DNA of 64,000 bases from Candidatus Sericytochromatia bacterium (GCA_036676455.1 JAKFCW010000011.1:128268-192267), one strand, 5' to 3'. Counted from the first letter of the stretch, positions 1 to 8,033 are shown. Program-made: numbers and translations. Notes: generated by a model from the letters alone, not told the origin.

Positions 1-102
1 TTTCTCCTTGATGGCCGTTGGGGTCATGCGTTTACCTCCTCTGAATCGCGACAGGATGACAAAGCCCGCCAGGGCAACTAGGGCCAAGGTCCAGATACTC
101 AT
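1..102 (-). CDS. hypothetical protein, N-terminal fragment (gene continues beyond window start)
   Basis: Minus-strand ATG at 100-102 overlaps the TGA (99-101) of the upstream CoADR-rhodanese gene (ATGA coupling). Hand translation MSIWTLALVALAGFVILSRFRGGKRMTPTAIKEK begins with a hydrophobic helix. Too short to name. Confidence 0.3.
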   Translation of the reverse strand, partial: MSIWTLALVALAGFVILSRFRGGKRMTPTAIKEK

Positions 103-1748
103 GCTTCCTCCACCTCGAATCCACCCTCATCGAGGATGCTGACAAAACCACCGGTGACGTTGAAAACCTGCTCGAAGCCCCGCTCCTTGAGGATGCGGAC
201 GGCTAGGTGGGCGCGGAATCCGGACCGGCAATGAACGAAGATCCGCCCCGCCCTCGGAAGCTCGTCAAGGCGCGCGCGCAGGTCGTCCACCGGGATGTTC
301 GTGGCGCCCTTCAAGTGGGACTTCGCGAACTCGGCCGGTTTGCGGACATCCAACACGTAAGCCTCCCCGCCGGCCATCGCGGCCTTGAGAGCTGCGGGGG
401 TGACTAGCGGGCTGAAGCCCGAGCAATCGTTGAGCCCGATGAAGGCCGCCAGGTTGATGGGATCGTTGGCCGAGGAATAGGGCGGAGCGTAGGCGAGATC
501 CAGCTCGGCGAGATCCGAGAGTGTGAACTGGCCGTGCAGGGCGGCCGCCAGGACGTCGATGCGCTTTTCGACGCCAGCGCGACCGAACGCCTGGGCGCCC
601 AGCAAGCGGGTCGATTGGCGATCGTAGACCAGTTTCAGCGCGATCTCCTCGGCCCCGGGGTAGTAGCCGGCATGGTGATCCTTGTGGAGGATGGCCACGC
701 CCACCTCGAAGCCTGCCTCGCGGGCGGCCTTCTCGGTGAGCCCGGTCATGGCCGCGGTCGCCTCGAAGATTTTGACGACGCTGGTTCCGAGGGCCCCGGA
801 GTAGCGCATTGAATGTCCCAGGGCGTTCGAGGCCGCGATGCGCCCCTGGCGATTCGCGGGGCCGGCGAGCGGCACCCGGACCCGGCGTCCCGAAACGCGC
901 TGCACGACCTCCACCATGTCTCCGGCCGCGAAGATGTCGGGATCAGAAGTCTGCAGGTGCCCGTCCACCTGCAAGCCACCCGAGGGGCCGATTTCGAGGC
1001 CGGCCTCCTTGGCCAGCAGCAGCTCGGGGCGCACTCCGACCGAAAAGAGCACGATATCCGCCGGGATCAGCCGGCCGTCGGAAAGCTCCACCGCCCGCTC
1101 GCGCACGGCCTGGACTCCGGCCCCCGTGACGACGGAGACTCCGTTCTCTTCGAGCTCGCTGGCGATCCGGCGGCCGTACTCGGCATCCATCACCGCCATG
1201 ACGGTGGGTTGCAGCTCGACGACGGTGGTGGCGAGGCCGCGCTTCTGGAACGCCTCGGCCATCTCGAGCCCGATGAAGCCTCCGCCGACCACGACGGCGG
1301 ACTGGGGAGCGCCGCTCGCGAGGGTCTCATGGATCCGATCCATGTCCGGCACCGTCCAGAGCTTGAACACGTTCGGCCGGTCCATTCCCGGGATCGGCGG
1401 CATCAGAGGCTGTCCGCCCTGCGCCATGATGAGCTTGTCGTAGGAAACCCAGGAGTCGCCCTGAGGCCCGCGGGCCAGGACGCGCTTCTGATCACGATCG
1501 ATCCTCACGATCTCGGTGTCGACATGGACCTCGACACCGTAGCGTGCACGGAAGCCCTCGGGAGTCTGGAGCAGGAGATCGGAGCGATCGGGGATGTCGC
1601 CGGAGATGAAGTAGGGAAGCCCGCAGTTGGCGTACGAGACATAAGGGCCACGCTCGAAGAGCGTGATCTCGGCGTCCTCGCTGATTCGCCGCGCGCGTGC
1701 AGCGGCGGTGGCTCCGGCGGCGACCCCGCCGATGATGACCAGTTTCAT
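99..1748 (-). CDS. CoA-disulfide/persulfide reductase-like flavoprotein with C-terminal rhodanese domain (CoADR-RHD)
   Basis: ORF 99..1847, with the start moved to the ATG at 1746-1748 (MKLVIIGGVAAGATAAARARR, FAD dinucleotide fold). Redox Cys in SYANCGLPYFISG. Second GGGFIGLE NAD(P)H fold. C-terminal rhodanese active-site loop FVHCRSGFRA. Confidence 0.85.
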   Translation of the reverse strand: MKLVIIGGVAAGATAAARARRISEDAEITLFERGPYVSYANCGLPYFISGDIPDRSDLLLQTPEGFRARYGVEVHVDTEIVRIDRDQKRVLARGPQGDSWVSYDKLIMAQGGQPLMPPIPGMDRPNVFKLWTVPDMDRIHETLASGAPQSAVVVGGGFIGLEMAEAFQKRGLATTVVELQPTVMAVMDAEYGRRIASELEENGVSVVTGAGVQAVRERAVELSDGRLIPADIVLFSVGVRPELLLAKEAGLEIGPSGGLQVDGHLQTSDPDIFAAGDMVEVVQRVSGRRVRVPLAGPANRQGRIAASNALGHSMRYSGALGTSVVKIFEATAAMTGLTEKAAREAGFEVGVAILHKDHHAGYYPGAEEIALKLVYDRQSTRLLGAQAFGRAGVEKRIDVLAAALHGQFTLSDLAELDLAYAPPYSSANDPINLAAFIGLNDCSGFSPLVTPAALKAAMAGGEAYVLDVRKPAEFAKSHLKGATNIPVDDLRARLDELPRAGRIFVHCRSGFRAHLAVRILKERGFEQVFNVTGGFVSILDEGGFEVEEA

Positions 1749-1851
1749 GGCATTGACTCCTTCCAAACCGGAGCACCGCTCCGGCAAGCCGGCTTTCGTC
1801 CACGGGATTCGGCGGAGTCCTGACGAAGACTGCTGCTCGATCCGCATCTTG

Positions 1852-1868
1852 GTACCCCCCTGGGGTAC
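1852..1868. promoter_or_regulatory. CsoR/CstR-type operator A (GTACCC-CCCTG-GGGTAC)
   Basis: Perfect 6-N5-6 inverted repeat with a central C/G tract, immediately downstream of the predicted -10 of the minus-strand promoter. Confidence 0.55.
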
Positions 1869-1872
1869 ACGA

Positions 1873-1901
1873 ATAATACCCTAGGGGGGTATGTTTGACA
1901 A
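1873..1901 (-). promoter_or_regulatory. sigma70-like promoter of the CoADR-rhodanese operon
   Basis: On the minus strand: TTGTCA (1901..1896), 17-nt spacer, TATTAT (1878..1873). Lies about 125 nt upstream of the ATG at 1748. Confidence 0.5.
1876..1892. promoter_or_regulatory. CsoR/CstR-type operator B (ATACCC-TAGGG-GGGTAT)
   Basis: Perfect 6-N5-6 inverted repeat with the same architecture as operator A. It occupies the -35/-10 spacer of the predicted promoter. Confidence 0.55.
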
Positions 1902-2051
1902 CCCCTCCAGCGCGACCTTTTTCCCGCCGAGCAGTTTCTGCTCACGGCCCGAACGTCGTACGGGAGTCTCTTGCGATGCGGGGCAAGACGTACCGTTACT
2001 CTCCCCGGCAACGGACAGCAAAAGCGAGCTAAAGAAGTACGCTTGAACCCC

Positions 2052-2080
2052 TTGCATTTGAAAACGGCCTTTGCTATACT
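2052..2080 (+). promoter_or_regulatory. sigma70-like promoter upstream of tRNA-Pro
   Basis: TTGCAT (2052-2057), 17-nt spacer, TATACT (2075-2080), about 70 nt upstream of the mature tRNA 5' end. Confidence 0.4.
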
Positions 2081-2099
2081 TCAATTCTGGCTCGGGGGT

Positions 2100-3887
2100 T
2101 CACCTCGGGTTAACGTTTCCTTCCCCAAAAGGAAAATGAAACGAATGTCGGGGCGTAGCGCAGCTTGGTAGCGCACCACTTTGGGGTAGTGGGGGTCGTG
2201 GGTTCGAATCCCGCCGCTCCGACCTAGACCCCCCTAACGAAAACGATTCGTCGTGATTAGTTAGGGGGGTCATTTTTTCTCCTGCCTGGCTACTCAGGTC
2301 TTTTTTTTTGCGCCTCGCAATCTGGCCTCCCTTTTTGACCGTCTCGGCTAGCGGATTGCCGCATACCGTAGCCTCAAGCGTTTCGCCTTCAAGCTCGAAA
2401 CCAAGCGGAACATATGTGCGAATGATTTCCCGTTGAAGCTCCATGGGCAGCCTTGGCCAAACCCAATCGATGTGATTGATAATTCGCTCAAGATCGTCCA
2501 GCTTTGCTTGGGTAGTATCTTGCCGAACCTCCTTTTCTAGGCGTCCAAGCTCATTCTTCAAGGGCACAATCAGCCGCTCATATTCGAACTCGTCAATGTA
2601 GCCTTTGCGAAACTGGAAGTTGACCTTATCTCTCTCTCGTGACAGCTCGGCAATTTTTGCAGACAGGTCACGAGAGTCAGGCTCCTGGAGGGCAATCAGT
2701 ATCCGGTTGTCTAGAAGCTCGGACTGTCGCTTCCGCATCCCTCGAACCAACAGGCTGAAGGCCGCATCATCGACCGCAACGGCGTTGTATCGCTTGGCAT
2801 CGCAATACTTCTGCTTGCTATTCTTGCTGAGGTTGCAGACATACTTCCGCTGGTACTCGTTTTTCTCATGCCGGGTCATTCGCCTGCCGCACTTCTTACA
2901 AATCAAGTAGCCTGTTAAAAGTACGTCCTCACGCTTCCGGGGCTGCCGCTTGATCGCCCGGCTGTTCAATATGACCTGTACGTCATTGAACACGGACTCA
3001 TCGAGCAGAGGTTCATGAAGTCCTGGATACCACTGTCCTTTGTAAAGAACCTGACCGAGGTAAGCCTTGGACCGTAGCATATCGCTCAAGACACTCGCAT
3101 CCCAAATTGGTGAGGGTGGATAGGGCATGGTCTTCTTCCCTGACGTGACCCGCTTTTTATGGGTTTCTTGGCGTTTCTCACGCTCTACATCGCTCAGGCG
3201 AAGCCAGGGGACAAGGCTAGGGGTCGGCACCTTCAAGTCCGTCAGGTGCCTCGCAATTTCACTGGCGTTTCCGTGCCTGCGAAATTCGGAAATAATCCAT
3301 TTGTACCAGTCTGCAAGACTTCTTCCGCTGTAAACAGTCTCATCTGGCACCCAGCCTGCATAAAGCGCTCGCCCGATCCGATGGTGCCCCTTTTCGCTCT
3401 TGTAGCCAAAGGGCGGATCACCACCAGCAGGCAATCCATTTTTCACTCGAAATGCCTGCTTATCCCGGATCATTTGACCTGTCATTTTCCGCTGGTTTTC
3501 GGCCACAAGGGTCAACATGGTTAGGAGGAAATCACTGTTTGCTGAGCCATCATCCTGTACCGGGTCATCCACGCCAATTAATTTGCAATCCAACTTATTT
3601 AGAACGGATGTAACAATGGCCTTCACTTCTACGGATCGAAACGCTCGATCAATCCGCAATACTATGACTTTTGAGATTCGTTCGTCCCTTACTCGATTTA
3701 TCAACTTAGTAAGCTGAGGGCGCTTCCCAAGTTCCGTTCCTCCCGAGAGGTAGTCCACATACTGGCCTACAAGATCCAAGCCGTTTTTCTCGCAATAGAA
3801 GCGAATCTTATCAATCTGAACATCAGGACTTGCGTCTTGTTTATCATCAGTAGAAGTCCGAATGTATGCAACTACCTTATTGCTCAT
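2100..3887 (-). CDS. large serine recombinase (resolvase/invertase N-domain, recombinase domain, zinc ribbon, coiled coil)
   Basis: ORF 2100..3896 starts at a GTG; the ATG at 3887 gives MSNKVVAYIRTSTDDKQ with the catalytic Ser motif. VIVLRIDRAFRS is present. Zinc-ribbon Cys pattern is CKKCGRRM...VCNL...YC. The frame has no stop until 2100, so it runs antisense through the tRNA; the true C-terminus is uncertain. Confidence 0.85.
   Translation of the reverse strand: MSNKVVAYIRTSTDDKQDASPDVQIDKIRFYCEKNGLDLVGQYVDYLSGGTELGKRPQLTKLINRVRDERISKVIVLRIDRAFRSVEVKAIVTSVLNKLDCKLIGVDDPVQDDGSANSDFLLTMLTLVAENQRKMTGQMIRDKQAFRVKNGLPAGGDPPFGYKSEKGHHRIGRALYAGWVPDETVYSGRSLADWYKWIISEFRRHGNASEIARHLTDLKVPTPSLVPWLRLSDVEREKRQETHKKRVTSGKKTMPYPPSPIWDASVLSDMLRSKAYLGQVLYKGQWYPGLHEPLLDESVFNDVQVILNSRAIKRQPRKREDVLLTGYLICKKCGRRMTRHEKNEYQRKYVCNLSKNSKQKYCDAKRYNAVAVDDAAFSLLVRGMRKRQSELLDNRILIALQEPDSRDLSAKIAELSRERDKVNFQFRKGYIDEFEYERLIVPLKNELGRLEKEVRQDTTQAKLDDLERIINHIDWVWPRLPMELQREIIRTYVPLGFELEGETLEATVCGNPLAETVKKGGQIARRKKKDLSSQAGEKMTPLTNHDESFSLGGSRSERRDSNPRPPLPQSGALPSCATPRHSFHFPFGEGNVNPR
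2149..2222 (+). tRNA. tRNA-Pro (anticodon GGG)
   Basis: Hand-folded cloverleaf. Acceptor CGGGGCG/CGCTCCG (one G-U pair). D arm GCGC-AGCTTGGTA-GCGC. Anticodon arm CCACT-TTGGGGT-AGTGG (anticodon GGG, G37). Variable loop GGGTC. T arm GTGGG-TTCGAAT-CCCGC. Discriminator A. CCA is not encoded. Confidence 0.9.
2206..2225 (+). repeat. att core at the tRNA-Pro 3' end (left junction of island)
   Basis: GAATCCCGCCGCTCCGACCT is repeated exactly at 11213-11232. Its last 18 nt recur at 12764-12781, and a degenerate copy lies at 10381-10404. Confidence 0.8.
2227..2279 (+). terminator. rho-independent terminator after tRNA-Pro (island-encoded)
   Basis: 12-bp stem GACCCCCCTAAC / GTTAGGGGGGTC followed by ATTTTTTCT. 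Confidence 0.7.
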
Positions 3888-4284
3888 TGTCGCCACCGTC
3901 CTTCTTAATACCGATGCGTTCCCACTCAGCCCGATAATTTGCCTTAATATGTTGCTCTGCTATCTGTAAAACCCGAACACAAGCCCGCCGATCATACGAT
4001 TGCAAATTCTCTTCATTTTCCCCCAATGCCTCCTGTTCCTCTAAATGGCATCACTCATTATCGCTTTCCTGAGTGTTGCAACAAACATGCCTAGCTGCAT
4101 CAACCGCCCTGCGTTAATGAGCCGTAACCAAGCTACCAGACAGCCAATACACTATCAACTAAATTTTGGTTAAACTTAACTTCTTCTTTACTCTATAAAT
4201 AGATACTTATGATCTTCTTTCGAGGCTTCGGCCAGATAGATCGAAAAAATGGCGATCCTAAGCCATTTTGCTTTCGGGAAATCG

Positions 4285-4441
4285 GAAAATTTTAACCACA
4301 CCGATTAGGTCCCCATTTCATGCGGGTTCTCGGAAACATTCCCGATAGCGGAGATCCGCCCTGTCAGCGGCTCAGACAGTAGGTACTTCGCCTCAACATG
4401 CAGAGGAGGCGAAGATTCGCCCCGCAAGTGGTTAATTTTGG
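4285..4441. repeat. imperfect inverted repeat pair enclosing a strong hairpin (non-coding, upstream of the HNH gene)
   Basis: GAAAATTTTAACCAC (4285-4299) faces GTGGTTAATTTTGG (4428-4441): TTAACCAC/GTGGTTAA is perfect, then a 1-nt bulge. Inside lies a 9-bp hairpin CTTCGCCTC (4386-4394) / GAGGCGAAG (4406-4414). A separate 8-bp hairpin AAAATGGC/GCCATTTT lies at 4246-4269. Confidence 0.4.
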
Positions 4442-4506
4442 ATAAATAATTAATTAACAGCCGGGTGTTGTCATTTTAAAAGTTCTTTTGTAAGCTAAGC
4501 TCCCGC

Positions 4507-5649
4507 TTGCTCGTTCCTGCTCTAGGAGGCTGTTTATGGCGCTATAAATCACGAAAGGAAGGTAACTATGCCTTGGATATCTATCAACGGAAGGAAGCCC
4601 CTCTAACCCCTCACGAGAAGCCCTGGAAGGCTAAGAGGGATGCGGAGAGGGTTTATTTTCATGAGCTTGGCAAACTTGCCAACACGAAATCGCTTGGTCG
4701 TAGCCAGGACGGAAGAGTAGAGGTCTTCGAACACGTTCTATTTCTTCCTCGGAAGGGCCAATGGCCAAAGAGGTATGCCCGCCTTAAATGGTCAGAGGTC
4801 TGGGCTAACCTGAGCCAGTATTTGGCGATCTTCGAAGAGGTGTACACGAAAATCGAACTGGAATTCCGCTTCTACGATGGGGAGGGGAACACCAGCTTTA
4901 GCGAATCGCTCTTTCCACGTGTTGATCCGGGGGATGAGCAGCGATACAAGACCCTGTACCATGTGACCCAGAAGCACATCCTTAGGCAGGACCTACCTAC
5001 TGTCTATGCCCTTGTTGAGGGCATCTTGTGGTTTATGGGCCAGGAGGGTAGTCACCCGAACTCTACTATTCAGGTCCATCGGGTCATCAACGCAGTCCTC
5101 AACAGAGAGGATCTCCAAGCTCGGGAGATCCATCATAAAGAGAACCCTTTGGGACTAGACAACCGAATCGAGAATCATGAAGCCCTACCTCAGGATGAAC
5201 ATGGTAGGAAGCATCATTACACCTACTCCATGAGGGTTCATGATCAGAGAAGAAACCTTGCGACCTTGAACGAGGCTGCCGATCGGACCTACGATCCCTT
5301 TGAAGACCCTATCTGGATTAGCTACATCGAGAACGATTACCACCTGGAGGAACGACCTGCCCCCCTCGTAACCCAGACGAATAATCCCGATGATGGTGAA
5401 ACGCCAATCCATTTAAGGGTTTCGAAAATGGCCCCGCAACAAGATGAAGAGTATTGGCGCAACCTCCCTCGGGACGAGAACGGCCAGCTATCGCTTTTCC
5501 GAAAAGAGCAACTCCTACCCCGACCTTTAACGTTCGGCGCATACTGGAGCGACATGGGGTGGAACTTTGTTGATACTATGCCCTCATTGCCCGTGACGGC
5601 CATTCCGTCACCCAAGCGCAACTCAGGGAATCAGCAGGCGGCTGCATAG
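4507..5649 (+). CDS. HNH endonuclease domain-containing protein (otherwise uncharacterised)
   Basis: ORF 4507..5649 with a TTG start and no in-frame ATG near the 5' end. A TTG at about 4573 preceded by AAGGAAGG is an alternative start. Central motif VHRVINAVLN...EIHHKENPLGLDNRIENHEALPQDEHGRKHH resembles HNH_3-type nucleases. The flanking regions are unrecognisable. Confidence 0.55.
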   Translation: MLVPALGGCLWRYKSRKEGNYALDIYQRKEAPLTPHEKPWKAKRDAERVYFHELGKLANTKSLGRSQDGRVEVFEHVLFLPRKGQWPKRYARLKWSEVWANLSQYLAIFEEVYTKIELEFRFYDGEGNTSFSESLFPRVDPGDEQRYKTLYHVTQKHILRQDLPTVYALVEGILWFMGQEGSHPNSTIQVHRVINAVLNREDLQAREIHHKENPLGLDNRIENHEALPQDEHGRKHHYTYSMRVHDQRRNLATLNEAADRTYDPFEDPIWISYIENDYHLEERPAPLVTQTNNPDDGETPIHLRVSKMAPQQDEEYWRNLPRDENGQLSLFRKEQLLPRPLTFGAYWSDMGWNFVDTMPSLPVTAIPSPKRNSGNQQAAA

Positions 5650-5743
5650 TTGGCGTACGATTCCGCACGCGTCAACTGGCTCAAGCTAGGCCCGGCAACC
5701 TTGCCAATCTCTGACACCGAATGGCTCCAAGCAGAATTGGTAC

Positions 5744-5771
5744 GGTTGGCAAAGAATGGCAATTGCCAACC
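5744..5771. terminator. stem-loop between convergent genes (possible terminator)
   Basis: Perfect 9-bp stem GGTTGGCAA / TTGCCAACC with a 10-nt loop, 16 nt beyond the stop of the minus-strand gene 5787..6089. No clear U-tract. Confidence 0.3.
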
Positions 5772-5786
5772 ACGTAGGCAACCTTG

Positions 5787-6089
5787 CTAATCCTCCTGCC
5801 CACCGCCATTCCCGTAGTGATGATGGACATGGAAGTGGATAGATTGGCGACGGGCATCAATCATCATCCCGTTTCGCTCTAGAACAGGCTGCCCATCATG
5901 GGCCTGCTCATGTTCCTGGTCAAACGCATAGACTAGACCATCAGCATCGGCGTAACGGATGCCATACTTATTATGGAGGGCCACAAGGGCTGCTCGACTC
6001 TCGGACGAGGCTCCAGATTCTTCCATCTTCCGCTTTGCCCACCTCGCAAAGAACCACAGGCAAAGCCCCAAGCTGATCGGCTCGATCAC
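5787..6089 (-). CDS. hypothetical small membrane-anchored protein
   Basis: 100-aa ORF with an N-terminal hydrophobic helix (EPISLGLCLWFFARWA) and a His-rich C-terminus (HFHVHHHYGNGGG). No recognisable family. Confidence 0.4.
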   Translation of the reverse strand: MIEPISLGLCLWFFARWAKRKMEESGASSESRAALVALHNKYGIRYADADGLVYAFDQEHEQAHDGQPVLERNGMMIDARRQSIHFHVHHHYGNGGGQED

Positions 6090-6214
6090 GTGTGCCTCCT
6101 TCTTTCGGGGGTCGGCAACCCCCTCCGGGGCTGATCAAAAATTACATGTTCTGCCCTGCGCCCAAAAATGCTACCAGGGCTAGGCTCGTTGAAGTGCTTT
6201 ACCGCCCCCCTTGC

Positions 6215-6538
6215 TCACTCCCGTTCGCTCTGGTCTACGACCTTGCCCTCGAATCGGCTAGCCAATAGCTCTACGATGTCCGACTCCTCTTGCCTCCGCC
6301 TTTTTACAGGCGGTTTCAGGTCCTGTTGTGGCCCTGGAAGATAGGTTAGAAGGTCACCAGGACTGCAATTGAGAGCTTCACAGAGCTTGCTCAAGGTATC
6401 GAGGTCGATACGCTGACACAGGTTCCGATCTAGCCGACTGAGATTGGCAACGGTAATCCCGGTCTTCCCTGAGAGGTCCGAAAGACTCAAGCGCCCGGCC
6501 CGCGCCCGCAGTTCTGGTAAGTTGATCTTGATGGCCAT
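6215..6538 (-). CDS. XRE/Cro-CI family helix-turn-helix transcriptional regulator
   Basis: LSLSDLSGKTGITVANLSRLDRNLCQRIDLDTLSKLCEALNCSPGDLL is a typical HTH_XRE pattern. The gene is divergent from a small ORF across an AT-rich region that contains a palindrome. Confidence 0.8.
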   Translation of the reverse strand: MAIKINLPELRARAGRLSLSDLSGKTGITVANLSRLDRNLCQRIDLDTLSKLCEALNCSPGDLLTYLPGPQQDLKPPVKRRRQEESDIVELLASRFEGKVVDQSERE

Positions 6539-6610
6539 GATTTATCTCCGCATGACTGACGCCGATACGTATTTATTCCCAGAAATAAAATAATTCAATT
6601 AATTAATAGA

Positions 6611-6667
6611 ATTTTATCGCTAGTAGATCAATGGCTTTATGTTCTCGATTACCGCTAGCGATAAAAT
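6611..6667. promoter_or_regulatory. 13-bp perfect inverted repeat in the XRE divergent promoter region (candidate operator pair)
   Basis: ATTTTATCGCTAG (6611-6623) and CTAGCGATAAAAT (6655-6667) are separated by 31 bp, inside the 164-bp AT-rich intergenic region. Confidence 0.4.
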
Positions 6668-6702
6668 ACTCGTATCGGCAGTGAGCAAGTGGAGGGCGAG
6701 CA

Positions 6703-6957
6703 ATGAAGAAGACGATTACCCGGACTTCAACGAAATTCCCTGGCCTGATCATGGAGCTTGTCATCAACTCCCAGGAAGCATGGGTGACGTTCAAAAGAGG
6801 TGCGGCGTTCGAAAGCTTTCGCCTCGTCGCAGGCCAAGCGCTTAATGTTGATTGCTCAGACCGTGATTCCCTCTCGTCGCTGGAGATGCGCCACTGCCTG
6901 CGAACGGCGATCCTCTACGCGGAAAAGCTCAACAGGACTCAGACTCGGGCCGCCTAG
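6703..6957 (+). CDS. hypothetical protein (divergent from the XRE regulator)
   Basis: 84-aa ORF with an ATG start and island-like composition. No recognisable motif. Confidence 0.4.
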   Translation: MKKTITRTSTKFPGLIMELVINSQEAWVTFKRGAAFESFRLVAGQALNVDCSDRDSLSSLEMRHCLRTAILYAEKLNRTQTRAA

Positions 6958-7061
6958 CGGCCCCTTTCTTTTGATGGGCATCGGTTAATTGCAGTAAATC
7001 CGATCCTACCGTCATATGTTCGGGTATACAGCAAGCAGGCGTAGCAACAATTTGAGGGCCT

Positions 7062-8033
7062 ATGAGACACGCTCGTTATTTCCTCCCACTAGTCGTACTC
7101 CTCGCCGCTGCATGCGAGCCAGAGGATTATTTCACCAGAGCCTACGAGCCGGGATACATTGGCTTACCAACCAGCCAGAGAACAGGCTCCCAAACTCCCG
7201 TCTCAGATTCTGGAAACAAAACGAACCTTCCACCTGGTAGCGGCGGCTCAGGTTCTACGCCAAAACCAATAGCATCCGCAACTCCGTCTAGTGGCTCTTC
7301 AAGCCCTTCAAGCTCACCGACTCCCGATCCCTCAAAGATGGCGGGGGCTGGCGGCATCTACGTTGACTTCACCTACCCGAACCAGCCGTTGATCGGCGTC
7401 CAAGCTGAAATGAAGATTACGGATGCACCTGATCCCTCCCCTACGGCTGGGGTTATATTTTGGTCGCATCAGTTCAACCTCCAGAACCACGGCGGATACA
7501 TCGGCTTGCAGATTGTCGGGGACAAGCGCAAGGCCATCTTCTCCATGTGGGAGGCCCTTAGCTCGGATACGGGGAACACGTTTGGCGGCGAGGGCGTTGG
7601 CTTTCAAAAAATCATCGACTACGACTGGAGGCCGAATATGACTTATCAAGTCAATGTAACACGGACAAAGACTGATTCAACTGGCGCTTATTGGAGAGGC
7701 TCGGTCACAGACCTTACCACCGGAGCCGAGACGTATTTGGCAACCCACAAAGTGCCCTTGACCCATGGCACGATCCGAAATGCCTCCGTATGGACGGAAT
7801 ACGCAACGCATCGATACTGCGAGGTGCCGTACACGCGAGCCGAGTTTTCCAACCCCAAGGCCCTTTCTGATAACACCTGGCTCCCGGCAAGCAGTGCCAA
7901 GGGAACTTACTTATTCAATGTGTATAGTTCCTGCCCGCTTTCCAACTTCATCAAGCTTCCTGGCCCCGCTGCCGCTCTTGAAGTCGGAGTAGGGGTAGAG
8001 CGAGTTACTCCAGAGAACACAAGGTTATGGTGA
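7062..8033 (+). CDS. secreted lipoprotein with Ser/Pro-rich linker and beta-sandwich-like C-terminal domain (DUF3472-like by eye)
   Basis: Signal peptide plus lipobox MRHARYFLPLVVLLAAAC. Low-complexity linker SGSSSPSSSPTPDPS. C-terminal block VIFWSHQFNLQNHGGYIGLQIVGDKRKAIFSMWEA. Confidence 0.6.
   Translation: MRHARYFLPLVVLLAAACEPEDYFTRAYEPGYIGLPTSQRTGSQTPVSDSGNKTNLPPGSGGSGSTPKPIASATPSSGSSSPSSSPTPDPSKMAGAGGIYVDFTYPNQPLIGVQAEMKITDAPDPSPTAGVIFWSHQFNLQNHGGYIGLQIVGDKRKAIFSMWEALSSDTGNTFGGEGVGFQKIIDYDWRPNMTYQVNVTRTKTDSTGAYWRGSVTDLTTGAETYLATHKVPLTHGTIRNASVWTEYATHRYCEVPYTRAEFSNPKALSDNTWLPASSAKGTYLFNVYSSCPLSNFIKLPGPAAALEVGVGVERVTPENTRLW

Noticed and set aside
3897-4030. Small minus-strand ORF ending TAA, overlapping the serine recombinase start (possible excisionase or directionality factor)
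   Set aside because: There is no ATG or GTG start in frame after the upstream TGA (only TTG/TTA candidates) and no RBS, and it falls below the ORF-track threshold. It is mentioned within a finding but is not annotatable as a gene.
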